Position numbers and translations under genes: made by a program
The notes under the pieces: generated by a model
The model's database searches: none
What the model saw: the letters and a program-made list of their open reading frames with translations, nothing else
What the model was told of the DNA's origin: nothing
In this document: positions 20,278 to 34,515 of the stretch, in pieces
How positions within the stretch are numbered: the first letter of the stretch is position 1
Layout: each line of letters opens with the position of its first letter
Source: Thermodesulfobacteriota bacterium
GTDB lineage: Bacteria > Desulfobacterota > Desulfarculia > JACQYL01
Reading direction: 5' to 3'
Assembly: GCA_963675595.2 (NCBI GenBank)
Contig: CAXXLZ010000002.1
Span: forward strand, 1,376,001 to 1,440,000
Length of the DNA stretch: 64,000 bases

Positions 20278-20721
20278 TCAGTGGGGCGCTCCGCCGTGTT
20301 TATCCGTCTGAATCACGGCGTGGGCCAACCATTGCCAGCCCGTGTCCGTCATGATGAAAATGCTCATGCGCGGCGCGTGCCTGGCGGTTTGGCGCTCGCC
20401 TCGGATGGTTTCAATCACGCCGGCGGAATAGGTGACGATAACGACGTTGTCCAGGCGAGTGGTTTTGAAATCGCTGAGCTCGAATTCCTTGAAATCCACC
20501 TTCTGCAGGAGTTCCATTTCCCGGGCCTTGTCCACGGCTCCGAAAGCATGCAGTGACTGAAAAGCCGGGGACAGCAATGATTCATGTTCAGCCCATTGTC
20601 CCGCAGCCGAAATCCCCCAAATTTGTCTGACCAGTTGTTCGCCGTCCACCGGTTCCGCACAGAATCCGGCGGCACTCGCCAGAACGAACAACGCCCCTAT
20701 GACGAAGCTCCTGATTCTCAT
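20278..20721 (-). CDS. Exported NTF2-like (DUF4440/SnoaL-like) protein
   Basis: RBS AAGGAGGAG, signal peptide MRIRSFVIG..., C-terminal RMSIF...GWQWLAHA. Confidence 0.7.
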   Translation of the reverse strand: MRIRSFVIGALFVLASAAGFCAEPVDGEQLVRQIWGISAAGQWAEHESLLSPAFQSLHAFGAVDKAREMELLQKVDFKEFELSDFKTTRLDNVVIVTYSAGVIETIRGERQTARHAPRMSIFIMTDTGWQWLAHAVIQTDKHGGAPH

Positions 20722-20887
20722 CACTTTCTCCTCCTTCCGACTCCGAGAAGTCGCTGATGCTGCGAATAGACTCCCTTCACGCCAATGGAAAGTCTTCCCG
20801 CATTGGATGACGCATCTCCGCGATGGGCCATTGAAAAACGATGAGATGCACGCCGCGCGGATCACCCATTGCATGATTACGTGAAAG

Positions 20888-21082
20888 GTGAGCATTCAGA
20901 GGGGTATCCGAGCCCCCCAAAAAGCTCTAAGTATTTGGTCATTTTGGACGGTCACATGCTGCTCGTTTGGCGAATCGCGTACGCGATCCGCCAAAGCCCC
21001 ACGGGAGTCCGGGGGGCCCTTGGTCCCCCGGCGAGGGTCCCGAGGGACGGCGTCCCCCTGCGCCACACCCGTGAATGGGTAC
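20888..21082. repeat. Repeat family 1, subtype B (complete)
   Basis: GTGAGCATTCAG...CGAATCGCGTACGCGATCCG...CACACCCGTGAATGGGTAC. Confidence 0.75.
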
Positions 21083-21989
21083 GAAATGCGTTTTACCATG
21101 GTCCGCCGAACCTGTTTGGAGCATCTTATGAACTTCAGGACCATACCTTTCGCGTCCGACTTTCTCAATCCCGGTCACCCGGTGCGCCCCTTTAGAATGA
21201 AGGCCGTTTGTCGCAAGGAAGTCGAGTCCTTGCGATAGCACTCATCAAAGACAATCGCCCGACCGATGCATATCAAGACAAGTGGAGAGATAGGAGAAAG
21301 GTGGTGTGTGGAAGCGCCCTTTAGCCTTTCAAGAGGTTCGAAGCTTCCGGCTTGCATCTCCTCCTGGAAACCTAAAGTTCATTGGGCGTAAAAAGCAGCA
21401 TCACGCAGATCGAAAGTGAATCAATCGTTGTTCGAAGGACGATCTCATGAAGAAGAACGGGCAATTCCGACAAGAGCCTTCTAACTTCTGTGACAAATGT
21501 GCCACGCTAGCGCCTTCCGGCCTCAAAATTCCGGTGGACGGAAGACCGTTTTCATACGAGGCAATCCGGACTAACCGGCCGGTTTCTCTTCTCGTTGAAC
21601 GTGTCCCTGTATTTCTCTCTCGATATGCCGGGTTTCGCCTGGTCAGTTGCCCGGGAATCGGACTATTACCGCGGCTGTGAACTTGAAATTATATCGGCTA
21701 TCAACGATCATTAAAGTTTTGTATTACCGGGGCGAATCCGGAAGCAAACGCCAAGACACCGGTCCCTCCGGGCGTTTTAGCAGCCCATTGAACTCGGCGG
21801 GTCGTCAGAGGCAAGCCGACACGCAATCCGCGTTGGAGTCGGCTGTCCGAGGTCGGGTGAAGGCTCCTTTGATTCGCGGAGGCCCCTTCTAATCATTGAA
21901 TCCCAACACCCAGCAGCCCTTTGAAAAAAGCCGGTTGCCGCAGGTCGCGTTTTTCAACGGCCTGCTGACCCGGCAGACACCCGGAAACC

Positions 21990-24737
21990 ATGCTTCCGCA
22001 CAATCCAAAAGAAATCAGTTGTCGCATCACGCGAACCTTGCTCATGTACGTCCGTGAACAAAACGGCGGGTCGCTGGGTGATCTTTTGCAGGGCATCGAC
22101 CTCGACGAAGCCTATTTGTTGGACCCGAACAACTGGATATCCCACAACTTTTTGCAGGTTCTTTATCATAGAATGATTGATTTATTGGGCGATCCCAATG
22201 CCGTGTATAACATGGCATTGTCCACGGAACGCTTCGAATCTTTGGGTCTTATAGACAGAATGATCAGGATTGTGGGCAACCCGAAGCTGATCTACTCACA
22301 AACACCAAGGTACAACAAACTACTTAAACTTAACGGAAGCGTTTTTGTAAGAGAGGTCGGACCATCATGGGCCGTTTTGGAAGACCGATACCATGACGGC
22401 TCCCGGAAGACTCGCTTCGACTGTGACTACACTCGAGGGATGTTCGCTGCCCTACCCACCATGTTCGGGATGCCCGCCGCAGATGTGGAAGAAATGGAAT
22501 GCCAAGTCTCTCCCGTAACGTACGGTACTCGAACCTGGCCCGACGACCCTCTCCACAGCGGTAACGGGTGTCTTTACAGGGTCCGTTGGAATCCGAAGGA
22601 CGGCCCCCCCGTTTGGAAACGCTTCTTCAGACGGCGACACTTCCACCGACAAGCCATCAAAGACCTTCAACATGCCAATCAACTGATCCAAAGCAAATAT
22701 GACGAAGTGAAACAACTAGTCGTCGACCTTGAAACGGCAAACAAGCAGTTGACCACATCAAAGAAGGAGTTGGAAGAACAGAAGGCCAAGCTGATCACAT
22801 CGGAAAGACGCTATCGTTTGTTGGCCGATAATGTCAACGATGTCATTTGGTCTTTGGATATGGATATGATGTTTACCTATATCAGCCCGTCCGTTGAGCG
22901 CCTACAAGGATTTACGCCTCAAGAAATCGTAAACGGGAACCTTCGGAAATTGCTGACCCCTGAGTCTCATCAGCTAGTCGAAGATATTTTTCATACGGAA
23001 TTGGATAAACATAACAAGGGACTTAGACCTCCGGAACAGTCGACCACGTTCGAGGTCGAGCTCGATTGCAGAGACGGTTCTCAAAAAACGGCCGAAGTTC
23101 AGGCTAATTTCGTCTACGACGCAGGCGGGAATGCAATAGGTGTGATCGGCACCACGCACGACATCACCGAACGGAAGCGGGCCGATAATGAACTTCGCAA
23201 GAGTGAAGAGCGGTTGCGCGCAATCTTTCAGGCGGCCGAGACGGTTTCCTTCGTCATTACGGATGGGAAAGATCCCGAACCCCTTGTATTGGATTTCAGC
23301 CGGGGGGCTGAGAACATATTTGGATACGCCGAAAATGAAATTCTCCATAAGCCTGTCTCCGCACTCCACATTCCGGAGGACGTCGAGCAGTTTCCCGAAG
23401 TACATCAAAGGATGAAAGAGGGAACACCCGGATTTTCCGGCGAAACCACCCTGGTTCGAAAATCGGGAGAACGATTTCCCGCACTGTTCTCAACGTATCC
23501 TCTCTTTGACGATAAAGGACGTATGTACGCGGTATTGGGTGTCGGCTTCGATCTCAGTGAACAGCACAAACTCGAAATGCAGCTCCGCCAGGCTCATAAG
23601 ATGGAATCCGTCGGAAGGCTTGCAGGCGGAGTCGCCCACGATTTCAACAACATGCTCGGCATCATCCTCGGTAATACCCAACTGGTGTTGCAGCAGTTGG
23701 AGGCGAATAACCCACTTATCGACAACATGAACGAAATCCGAAGGGCGGCGGAACGTTCGGCCGCCTTCACGGGTCAGCTCTTGGCCTTTGCCCGTAAGCA
23801 GACCGTGGCCCCCAAAGTGCTCAACCTCAATGAAACGCTGGAGGGGATGCTCAAAATGCTGGCACGATTGATCGGAGAGAACATCAATCTTGTCTGGCGC
23901 CCTCAAGAATCCGGTCTTTGGCCCGTCGAAGTAGACCCCTCGCAAATCGATCAGATATTGGCCAATCTATGTGTCAACGCGCGGGACGCCATAACGGGGG
24001 TCGGCGACGTTACCATAGAAACGTCCAATACCCGATTCCATGAAGAGGACTGCCTTGGTCGGAAGGGCTTCAAGCCCGGCGACTTCGTGGCTATCTTGGT
24101 CAGGGACAACGGCTGCGGTATGGACGAGGAGACCATCGCCAATATATTTGAACCGTTTTTCACCACAAAGGATGTGGGGCGGGGGACCGGACTGGGGTTG
24201 GCCACCGTTTATGGAATTGTAAAGCAAAACGGCGGGTTCATTAACGTGCATAGCGAAAAGGGACAAGGGACGACGTTCGAGGTCTATCTCCCTAGATATA
24301 TGAAAAAGGCTTCACATACAATAAGGGATGATTCATATAGGACGGTATCGAGAGGCCATGAAACCATCCTATTGGTCGAGGACGAAGAGGCCATCCTGAA
24401 AATGACCAAGACGATTCTCGAACACTTCGGTTATCATGTACTAACCGCCTCCGGTCCCACTGAAGCCATCCAAGCAGCCGAATCATATACAGGCGAGATC
24501 GAACTCCTCCTAACGGATGTTGTCATGCCCGAGATGAGCGGTCGTGACATGGCCGAGAGCCTTTTATCCCTATATCCGAATCTGAAGTGTCTATTCATGT
24601 CCGGCTATACCGCCAGTGTCATCAGCAGCCACGGAGTATTGGAAAAAGGAATCCATTTTATCAACAAGCCTTTTCTGATCGAAGACCTTGCCGCCAAAGT
24701 AAGGGAGGCGCTGGATCCACAAACAACCGGCGAATAG
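21990..24737 (+). CDS. Hybrid sensor histidine kinase/response regulator with two PAS domains and a V4R/H-NOX-like N-terminus
   Basis: GGVAHDFNNML, NARDA, GTGLGLATV; receiver LLVEDE...LLTDVVMP...FINKP; N-terminal Cys motifs CDYTRG, ECQ and GCLYRVRW. Confidence 0.9.
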   Translation: MLPHNPKEISCRITRTLLMYVREQNGGSLGDLLQGIDLDEAYLLDPNNWISHNFLQVLYHRMIDLLGDPNAVYNMALSTERFESLGLIDRMIRIVGNPKLIYSQTPRYNKLLKLNGSVFVREVGPSWAVLEDRYHDGSRKTRFDCDYTRGMFAALPTMFGMPAADVEEMECQVSPVTYGTRTWPDDPLHSGNGCLYRVRWNPKDGPPVWKRFFRRRHFHRQAIKDLQHANQLIQSKYDEVKQLVVDLETANKQLTTSKKELEEQKAKLITSERRYRLLADNVNDVIWSLDMDMMFTYISPSVERLQGFTPQEIVNGNLRKLLTPESHQLVEDIFHTELDKHNKGLRPPEQSTTFEVELDCRDGSQKTAEVQANFVYDAGGNAIGVIGTTHDITERKRADNELRKSEERLRAIFQAAETVSFVITDGKDPEPLVLDFSRGAENIFGYAENEILHKPVSALHIPEDVEQFPEVHQRMKEGTPGFSGETTLVRKSGERFPALFSTYPLFDDKGRMYAVLGVGFDLSEQHKLEMQLRQAHKMESVGRLAGGVAHDFNNMLGIILGNTQLVLQQLEANNPLIDNMNEIRRAAERSAAFTGQLLAFARKQTVAPKVLNLNETLEGMLKMLARLIGENINLVWRPQESGLWPVEVDPSQIDQILANLCVNARDAITGVGDVTIETSNTRFHEEDCLGRKGFKPGDFVAILVRDNGCGMDEETIANIFEPFFTTKDVGRGTGLGLATVYGIVKQNGGFINVHSEKGQGTTFEVYLPRYMKKASHTIRDDSYRTVSRGHETILLVEDEEAILKMTKTILEHFGYHVLTASGPTEAIQAAESYTGEIELLLTDVVMPEMSGRDMAESLLSLYPNLKCLFMSGYTASVISSHGVLEKGIHFINKPFLIEDLAAKVREALDPQTTGE

Positions 24738-25110
24738 AATCAAGGCTTCGACGCTCGCAGCTCTCCCGTTCGAAAGACACCACCGGACAATCCCCCAAGT
24801 GCCCTCCTCACCCGCTTGGAAGCAGCTCCCACATCATCGGAGCTGCCGTTGTATCCATTGCGAAATTCCTGCTCTGCAATACTCGTTCCCTGTCCGACCG
24901 CACGGGCAAGGCTCAACCCCGAGGAATAAGGCACCCATGGAAGTGCGTCGCAAAGATGAAGGATGAAGCGCAACGCCGCGGATCTCGCTCCTCACCGATC
25001 CATAACGGTTGATGTCCCCGAACTGCGAACCCGGTCCTCGAAAGAATATCGATCTCCCCCGGGCATGTTCGCCGGAATCGGTTTCCGCTCCGGAAGAACG
25101 CCGAGGATCG

Positions 25111-25359
25111 GTTTTTGTTCACAGGGTCACCGGGGAACCCGTTCCCCCGGACCCCCAGCGGGCTCCGTCCCGCTAAGCGGGACGAAGCCGATATAGAGGT
25201 CTATTGCGCGAATTCATGAGATGTGAGGAACATTGGAAATCAGCGAGGAGACCTATTGCTCCCTCAGCCTCTCCGCCGAAGGCGGTGAGCCACTCTTAAA
25301 GCGCTTTGAAAGGGGGAACGGGGGAGGACTTTCCCGCAAGTCCTCCCCCGTGAATGCCT
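25111..25359. repeat. Repeat family 1 copy that is the group II intron target (last 2 bp at 27384-27385)
   Basis: GTTCACAGGG... left end; 14-bp hairpin at 25318-25351; right motif GTGAATGCCT|AC split by the intron. Confidence 0.75.
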
Positions 25360-27383
<2,024 letters not shown>

Positions 27384-27713
27384 ACGAGGATCGTGTGCCG
27401 CCATTTCATTGGAATCTTTGAGGGGCTGCATTTCCTTGCTTGACCATGGAATGGGAGGGAGGTACGTTGAGTTAAGAATTGTGAATGTTCCTTTTCCCCC
27501 TCGCTCCAAACCTCGGAAAACAACCCAAGATTATGATGCGGGCTCCGCTACGGAGGGGCGCCGTCACCGTGCGACGCGCATCCGGAACGCATGAGAGAGG
27601 CGGTCTATACGTCCGTCTGGAGTCAAGCCGCTTTCTTCGGGAAGCCTTCCGGCGTCGGGAAGGACCAAAAGGACATTCGAACCGAACACCAATAGTAGAA
27701 GAGGAGGCGCATT

Positions 27714-28439
27714 ATGAAGGGAGTGAAAACAACCGTATTTGTGCTCATCCTGCTCATTGCCGGAACTGCTGCCGCGGAGTTTCCCTCTGTTCCGGGAACG
27801 GCGGACCCGACTCATGTTTACTGGTTCAGCGACGAGGCGGATTTCTATATCTGGGCCCAAGACGACAAGCTGTATCTTCGAGTGGAATTATTCTCGGATG
27901 AGTTTTTCGTGTGCGGTATTCTCTATAGCGTCCTCCAGAGCGACGGCGCAGGAGACTTCAGTGGAGGAAGTCTGTATCCCGTCCGCGAAGAAGGCGGGGA
28001 CACCGTGTGTGAGCATATCACCGCGGATGAAACCTTTCTCCTTGAGAATCAGGGATCAACCGTGGACCTCACCAAACCGATGGAAATTTACGTCGATAAC
28101 ATGGTGGACATGTCGATCCTCATCGACGTACTCGGCGGCGTCTCCAAGCTGGTCCCCATGAACGGAATCTGGCGCAGCGCCGACGGAACACTCAGTTTAT
28201 ACATACAGAAGTATCAAGCCCAATCGGCTGTTGCGGTCGCCACCCAAAACGCCGTGCAACTCGCCGCGTTCTTGGACCCCGACATCAGTGACGGGTTCAG
28301 CGTGGACAACGATCTGGGCAACCAGGGATTCGGAATCTCGTTCGTGTTTCAGAGCGCCACGCAGGCCACCGTTACGGTGGACCTGCCCACCGGAACGGTC
28401 ACCAAGGAAATAGCCCTGGCCTTCCCCGATCTTAGATAG
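27714..28439 (+). CDS. Exported hypothetical protein with a C-terminal ~90-aa module shared with the 54990-56465 protein
   Basis: RBS GAGGAGG, signal peptide ending AAA, module GIW...FLDxDxxDGF...LGxxG. Confidence 0.75.
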   Translation: MKGVKTTVFVLILLIAGTAAAEFPSVPGTADPTHVYWFSDEADFYIWAQDDKLYLRVELFSDEFFVCGILYSVLQSDGAGDFSGGSLYPVREEGGDTVCEHITADETFLLENQGSTVDLTKPMEIYVDNMVDMSILIDVLGGVSKLVPMNGIWRSADGTLSLYIQKYQAQSAVAVATQNAVQLAAFLDPDISDGFSVDNDLGNQGFGISFVFQSATQATVTVDLPTGTVTKEIALAFPDLR

Positions 28440-28739
28440 CGTCTTCGGCCCCGAAGCCCGCCCTTCCACGGCGGGTGATCCGGGGCCGAAGCTCATCGCC
28501 CTTCCTTTCATCCGAACGCGCACATGTCCAACTCGGCTGCAATCCTTTTTCCCATTCGACGCCCTGGAAAACCGTAGTCCGATCCACTTCGGACAAGCCT
28601 GTCCCCCACCACCAAGGAAGCAAGGGAGACAAACGGCGGTGGTGCCGCCCCTTTCTGCGCGGCCGACTCGCGGGACGGCTCGTGAAGCTTGCTTCTTTTT
28701 CGGAAGCCGAACATCGCCGCCCACCGGGAAACGACGCCC

Positions 28740-29918
28740 TCAGTTCACCGTAACCCGATTACGCCCATTCGCCTTGCTCCTGTACAGGGCTTCATCCGCT
28801 TTGGCCAACAGGAGGCTGGGTTCCGAGGAAGGGTCGGGGATGACCGTGGCCACGCCCAGGCTTATGGTTACCAGCCTATCCACGGCCGACGCCGGGTGGG
28901 GAATCGCTTTTGCCTGTACCGAAGCCCGGATTTTACCGGCGATGACACCCGCCCCGGCCGAATCGGTGTTGGGCAGAAGAACTGCGAATTCTTCACCTCC
29001 ATAACGTACCGCCACATCCGAGACTCTACCGATGGAGTCCCTTATGGCATCGGCCACCAAACGTATACAGTCATCCCCCCTGAGGTGGCCGCAGGCGTCG
29101 TTGAAGTTTTTGAAATGGTCGATGTCCGCCATGATCAAGGAAAGAGAATGCTCATCCCGCCTCAAACGTCGCCACTCATCGTTCAACGTGCGGTCGAAAT
29201 ATCGCCGATTAAACAAGCCGGTGAGTCCGTCAAGATTGGACAGCGCCTCTATCTCCCGATTCCTCTTCTGCAAAGCCGCTTCCGTTTCCGCCCGGGTCTT
29301 CTCATAGAATACGGCGAGGATGGCGGCGGTAAAATTCAAAATGATCACGTTGGCCAAGGCGACCAGGGGCAGGGTTTTGGGCCCGGAGCCGTATTTGAAC
29401 AGAAAAACGGAAGTGACGAGTATGAAAAAGATGGTGGAGGCTATCGTTCCATTCCGTAGTTCCAAAAGAAACAGGGCGACATAATAGAAGAGTACGGACC
29501 AAACGACCACGGTAACGTGAGAGCGGGGCAGGTAAATCGCGAACAGGCCGAATACACCGGAGACGATAATGAAGAACCAACAGGCCTTATAGAGCGTACC
29601 CGGGAACTTGACGACCACGTAAATCATGACCAGAAACGTCAGTGCGACCAGCAGTTCAACCAGGGAAAGGATCAATACTCCACGGAAGTAGTTGATGATG
29701 CAGAAGATCGCTCCTATCAGCACGAGCATGGACAGCCCGGTGATGAGCAGGGTTCGTTTGCGTCGCTCATGGACGTTCAAAGGTGGTTCTCCTTTCAGAA
29801 TATCCGGTGACGAATCCTGCCGTTCATCGCCATAAGACCGCCGCAATTTCACGGTGCTTCCGGCATTCGACTGTTCTAGCCCTATCCACGAACGCCACGT
29901 GTCGATCGCCATTGTCAA
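28740..29918 (-). CDS. Membrane-bound diguanylate cyclase
   Basis: About 6 TM helices, DGLTG, RVSD I-site, GGEEF. Confidence 0.9.
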   Translation of the reverse strand: MTMAIDTWRSWIGLEQSNAGSTVKLRRSYGDERQDSSPDILKGEPPLNVHERRKRTLLITGLSMLVLIGAIFCIINYFRGVLILSLVELLVALTFLVMIYVVVKFPGTLYKACWFFIIVSGVFGLFAIYLPRSHVTVVVWSVLFYYVALFLLELRNGTIASTIFFILVTSVFLFKYGSGPKTLPLVALANVIILNFTAAILAVFYEKTRAETEAALQKRNREIEALSNLDGLTGLFNRRYFDRTLNDEWRRLRRDEHSLSLIMADIDHFKNFNDACGHLRGDDCIRLVADAIRDSIGRVSDVAVRYGGEEFAVLLPNTDSAGAGVIAGKIRASVQAKAIPHPASAVDRLVTISLGVATVIPDPSSEPSLLLAKADEALYRSKANGRNRVTVN

Positions 29919-29962
29919 TCCACATCATCGAATCGACAAGTGCCCGTGTTTCTATCTAAATA

Positions 29963-31543
29963 TCAGTCCTGGTCTTCATGATAGCGGGCTTCGGAATTCA
30001 CTATCCAAAGATTTTCTTTTGTATGAATATGATTAACGATATTATCTACTGCGGTCATGGCGGCCAACATGGAGTGATCCATGTTGTTATATCGATGCAT
30101 TCCATTTCTACCTATGGTAAATAGATTTTGGAATCTATCTACATATGATCTAACTAGATCAAATTGTTCATAAGTACCAAAGTACCCGGGATAAGCCTTT
30201 TCCTGCCTCACGACGCTGTAATCCATGACATCCCTATTTTCCAGGATACCCAACCGGATAAGCTCCGATGACGCCAACTTTGCCAAATCATGATCTTCCA
30301 TACGCCATAGATCATCTTCTTCCTTGCAGAAATATTCAACCCCGAGCCATATATATTTGTCGTCCCGAACCAGGTGGGGGCTCCAATTGTTGTAGACCTG
30401 CAATCTTCCCGAACGGACGCTCTTGTCTTGAATGTAAATCCACTGATCCGGAATCGGGCCTCCATTTCGTTGATGTTTCACTCTGTTCGTAAGCTTGAGT
30501 TCCTTCACCAAAAGAGCGACGGTAATGAAATCTCTATGCGGCAATCCCGATGCCGTCCGTCGCACATCTCCGGGCACATCGGCTCCCATAGCCGAAATCA
30601 AGTCTTTGATGGGCATGGTGGAAAAATACCAATCCCCGGACACGCGTTCGACCTCTTCGGTCTGCGTGTTCCGTACCAGGAGACCGCGCACCCGCTCCTT
30701 TTCGATTTCCACGCCGGTTACACAGTGGTTCAGCCGAATCGTCCCGCCCCCCCGTACCACCCTTTCCGCCGCTTCTTCCCAGAGCTGTCCCGGACCATAC
30801 TTGGGATACAGAAACATATCGGCCGTACCCGCCTCTCCCCCGAGCCGGAATCCTGAAAGATCGGTTCCCCGAAAAAGCGTTCGAAAGCCGTGTTTCAACA
30901 CTTTGTACACGGACAGCCCTTTGATGCGTTGCGCACCCCACTCGGGTTTCAGCGCGGAAGGAGGAACGCCCCAGACTTTCTGCGTGTAGTCTTTGAAGAA
31001 GGATTCATAGAGTCGTCTGCCGAAACGATTGATCACGAAATCTTCGAAGGAATCTTCGGATCGGATGGGCCGCAGGCGTGTATGCAGGTAACTCAAGCCG
31101 ACTCGAACGGCTTCGACGGCGCCCATTTTGGACAGTGTGTCCGTATTGATGGAAATGGGATAGTCAAACAGCTTCCCTCTGTAATAGATCCGGGAAATGC
31201 GTTTCCGCAGGAGCATGACCTTATCCGCTCCCTCCGGCTCCGGCATAGCGGACAAGTCTGAAATCGAGGCGCTCCCCCGGAGAATGGGGTCGTCGCCCGT
31301 CGGCGCATCTTGCGCCGGAAGGATGTTCCGCCACCAGCGCGTCACTTTTTCGGACCTTGAAAAGAACCGATGGCCGCCGATGTCTATGCGGTTGCCGTTA
31401 TGTTCAACGGTCCTGCAGATTCCTCCGATGCTTTCCGTAGCCTCGTAAATCACAGGGCGAATGTCCGTCCTTTGCAGGAGTTCATAAGCCGCAGTGAGTC
31501 CCGCCGGTCCCGCGCCCACAATGATGCCCGTCGCTTGCTTCAA
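29963..31543 (-). CDS. NAD(P)/FAD-dependent oxidoreductase (HemY/UDP-galactopyranose-mutase-like superfamily)
   Basis: [34 protein letters not shown]; TTG start inferred from an upstream GGGAG. Confidence 0.8.
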   Translation of the reverse strand: MKQATGIIVGAGPAGLTAAYELLQRTDIRPVIYEATESIGGICRTVEHNGNRIDIGGHRFFSRSEKVTRWWRNILPAQDAPTGDDPILRGSASISDLSAMPEPEGADKVMLLRKRISRIYYRGKLFDYPISINTDTLSKMGAVEAVRVGLSYLHTRLRPIRSEDSFEDFVINRFGRRLYESFFKDYTQKVWGVPPSALKPEWGAQRIKGLSVYKVLKHGFRTLFRGTDLSGFRLGGEAGTADMFLYPKYGPGQLWEEAAERVVRGGGTIRLNHCVTGVEIEKERVRGLLVRNTQTEEVERVSGDWYFSTMPIKDLISAMGADVPGDVRRTASGLPHRDFITVALLVKELKLTNRVKHQRNGGPIPDQWIYIQDKSVRSGRLQVYNNWSPHLVRDDKYIWLGVEYFCKEEDDLWRMEDHDLAKLASSELIRLGILENRDVMDYSVVRQEKAYPGYFGTYEQFDLVRSYVDRFQNLFTIGRNGMHRYNNMDHSMLAAMTAVDNIVNHIHTKENLWIVNSEARYHEDQD

Positions 31544-32639
31544 TGTACCGCCGCTCCCCGTCCGAGACTGTTCGCTGTTCCTGCCGCCGATGCTCCAAAA
31601 AGGAGGGGAACGCAACCCCGTTCCGCCCATGCGTTTTACGGTCGCATGAAGAGCACGATTTAGAAAGCTGCCGCCCAAACTACATCAAGGAGGCACCCGT
31701 TACCACAATTTTTCCGAAGGCCGGACCCCCTGCGAGCATGAGCAACAACGCCGACGGCTCCTTGGAGAAATCCCGCGGCACCGTCCAAAAGCCAAGCCGT
31801 GCCTGCGTCGGCTCCCTTCGCCCGCGCATCCGACGGCATTTCCAGATACCACGGTTCGTGCTCTCTCCCTCCCGGGGACTCAGTATTTTTCAACACCCTC
31901 CTGTCTTTTTCTTATCGGCCTTTGTGTTTGTGGTAATTCCCGTGCTCCATCCTAAGTGAACTCATTTTTGTTCTTGTTACGATTCAAGGCTTCATGCTAT
32001 TCAGTTGTAGTGTTTAAAGCGCAGATAAGTTGATATGTATCCATTTCATTAAGATTTGTTGATGGTTTCTTAAATCGGATCATCTACCTTGAGGTCAAAC
32101 ATCGAGACGACTTACTTACACCAAATTTTGGGAGGATATTATCGTCAAATAATATATAAAATAAGCGATTCCAACTCAGCATAATGCGTCAAAAGAAATT
32201 TAACAGCGCATGTCTTACGTCGGTTAAGGGCTACAAAGCTGATCATGTCGTATCTTTCTTAATATTGTCCGATCGTTCAATCGGCATAAACGTAGCACGA
32301 GATTCAAATCTTAGCTGCAGGCGCATACTCCTTCCTTTTCTTAGGAATTTACGACACTTCGGCATGGCTTCTTAATAAGAAATATAATTCAATATAGCTT
32401 GAATACAATGAAGGATGAATATCGTCATGCTGTTCTCCACCGACAAATTGAGCCTTCGCAACAAGATCATGTTTTCCGTACTGCCTCTCGTTGTTGTTGC
32501 TCTCGTCGTATCCGCCTACGTGTCCGTCACCTCCCTGAGAACCACGCTGACCACCGAAATCAGGGATGACATTAAATACAAGACCGAGTCCCTTGCCGAC
32601 CACGTGGCAAGTTGGATCAACATGCAGAAACTCAACGTT

Positions 32640-34515
32640 GATGAGTTCGTAAAAACCTCTCCGTAAAGGTATCTAGTTGAAAATATGAATAAAAATGGCA
32701 TTTATGGGTTGACCTTTCTTTTGGGTCCTGTATGATAAGTATCTGACTTGATTAATAATATGGTCCTTAGGGGGGTTGTTTTGTTTCGGCCTAAGAGAAC
32801 GCAAAAGACCATTTTCGACCACGATATTTGCCTTCCCGCAGACAGGATCGAGGCGTTGGAGAAGACGTGGGCCGGTCCGTTCCGGCGCCTGGTGCTTCCC
32901 ATGATCGATGAGGAGTCTTTCCGGCCTTTCTACTGTGAGGACAACGGCAGGCCCAACAGACCCGTGGCCATCCTTGTCGGAGCGTGTGTTTTGAAGGAAA
33001 TGAACAGCCTGACCGATGCGGAAGTCTTGGGCGCTCTGGACTTCGATCTGCGTTGGCAATATGCCTTCAACATCAACGCCTTTGAATCTCACGTCTGCCA
33101 GAAGACCCTGCACAATTTCCGGACCTTGATTACCGACAACAAGCAAGCGCGGAGCCTCTTTACCGGAATCACGGACGCCATCATCGAGACGGCGGCCCTT
33201 AGCACGGACAAACAGCGGTTGGACTCCACACAGATCACTTCCAACATGGCTCATCTGAGCCGTCTGGGGCTCTTTACGCGCACCATCGAGGCGTTCTTGA
33301 AACGGCTCCATAAGAAACATCCCAAGTTGTATGAGAAACTGCCCCGACTTTACGACAAGGCCTACTTGAAGCGCGCAGGCTATTTTGCCGATGCAAAATC
33401 ATCGCGGGCCAAGCGTCGTCTGGACAAGTCCGCCCGCCATCTCGCCGACCTGGTGGACCGCTTCCGAGGTCATCCGGAAATCAGCCGAATGAAAGAATAC
33501 CGGCTGATGGCCCGACTACTGTCGGAGCAATGCCGTTTCACCGAGGGAGATCCCGACAAAACAGAACTCGAGAAGCCCAAGGAAATCCCTGCGGACTCCC
33601 TGCAGAATCCTTCGGATCCCGACGCCACCTATGGGCGCAAGGGCAAAGGATATAAGGCTTCCCTCACGGAGACCTGCGTGAAGGAAAATCCCTTCCAGGT
33701 GATCACCGATGTGGACGTGGCCCCTTCCTATGACAGCGACCAGAAAGACGTGATGCCCGTTATCGAACGCCTGGAGGAAACGGGCCGCAAACCCGAAGAG
33801 TTGTTCGCCGACGCAGGCTACGGCAGCGGCGAGAACATCCTTCAAGCTCACGAGCACGGAGTCGAGCTTACCGCTCCGGTGACTTGCGGAAAAGCGCCGG
33901 ATCTCAATAAGATGCAGTTGAGTGACTTTGAAACGAACGAGGACTGCACCCAGGTCGTTTACTGTATCCGGGGGCACGCGCCACTTGAATGCAAGATCGT
34001 TGACCGCGGCAAAGCGGTGGAAGCCGTGTTTTCCCGCGAGCACTGTCTCCTATGCGAATTTCTCCCCATCTGTCCGGTAAAACGGATCAAGGGCGGAAAT
34101 TATCGACTGAAGTACAAGCGCAAGGACATGGCGACCTCCAAGCGCAGACTACAGCAGGAAAGCCATGATTTCAAAGAACGCTACAAAATCCGGTCCGGCA
34201 TCGAGGCCACCATCTCCGAAGCGGATCGGGTCACGGGATTGAAACGATCGTGGACCCGAGGCAAAAAACGGGTCACCTTATCTGTTTTCATGAAGGCCCT
34301 GGCCATCAACATCAAGAGGTTCGTCCAGAGCCGCCTTGATAAGGCCAAGAAGGCCCTTTCCAACTCGATAGAGGGAGGCAGCAACGATAATTTCCGTCGT
34401 CTTTGTAGCCTATGTCACGATGACAGTAACCTTGGCAGTGTTGCAATGGCCGCTTGAACTTCCAATGCTCCAAAAAACAGCCCTGTTCGTAAAGGGGGGT
34501 TCTTACGACGGCATC
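32640..34515 (+). mobile_element. IS1182-family-like insertion sequence (~1876 bp)
   Basis: TIRs GATGAGTTCGTAAAAACC / GATGCCGTCGTAAGAACC (reverse complement). Flanking repeat AACGTT at 32634-32639 and 34516-34521 is palindromic, so the ends are uncertain by 1-3 bp. Confidence 0.85.
32781..34457 (+). CDS. DDE transposase, IS1182-like
   Basis: GRP motif, RLDST, DPDATY, ADAGYGS, Cys cluster, [16 protein letters not shown] start inferred; the ORF is open from 32748. Confidence 0.85.
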   Translation: MFRPKRTQKTIFDHDICLPADRIEALEKTWAGPFRRLVLPMIDEESFRPFYCEDNGRPNRPVAILVGACVLKEMNSLTDAEVLGALDFDLRWQYAFNINAFESHVCQKTLHNFRTLITDNKQARSLFTGITDAIIETAALSTDKQRLDSTQITSNMAHLSRLGLFTRTIEAFLKRLHKKHPKLYEKLPRLYDKAYLKRAGYFADAKSSRAKRRLDKSARHLADLVDRFRGHPEISRMKEYRLMARLLSEQCRFTEGDPDKTELEKPKEIPADSLQNPSDPDATYGRKGKGYKASLTETCVKENPFQVITDVDVAPSYDSDQKDVMPVIERLEETGRKPEELFADAGYGSGENILQAHEHGVELTAPVTCGKAPDLNKMQLSDFETNEDCTQVVYCIRGHAPLECKIVDRGKAVEAVFSREHCLLCEFLPICPVKRIKGGNYRLKYKRKDMATSKRRLQQESHDFKERYKIRSGIEATISEADRVTGLKRSWTRGKKRVTLSVFMKALAINIKRFVQSRLDKAKKALSNSIEGGSNDNFRRLCSLCHDDSNLGSVAMAA

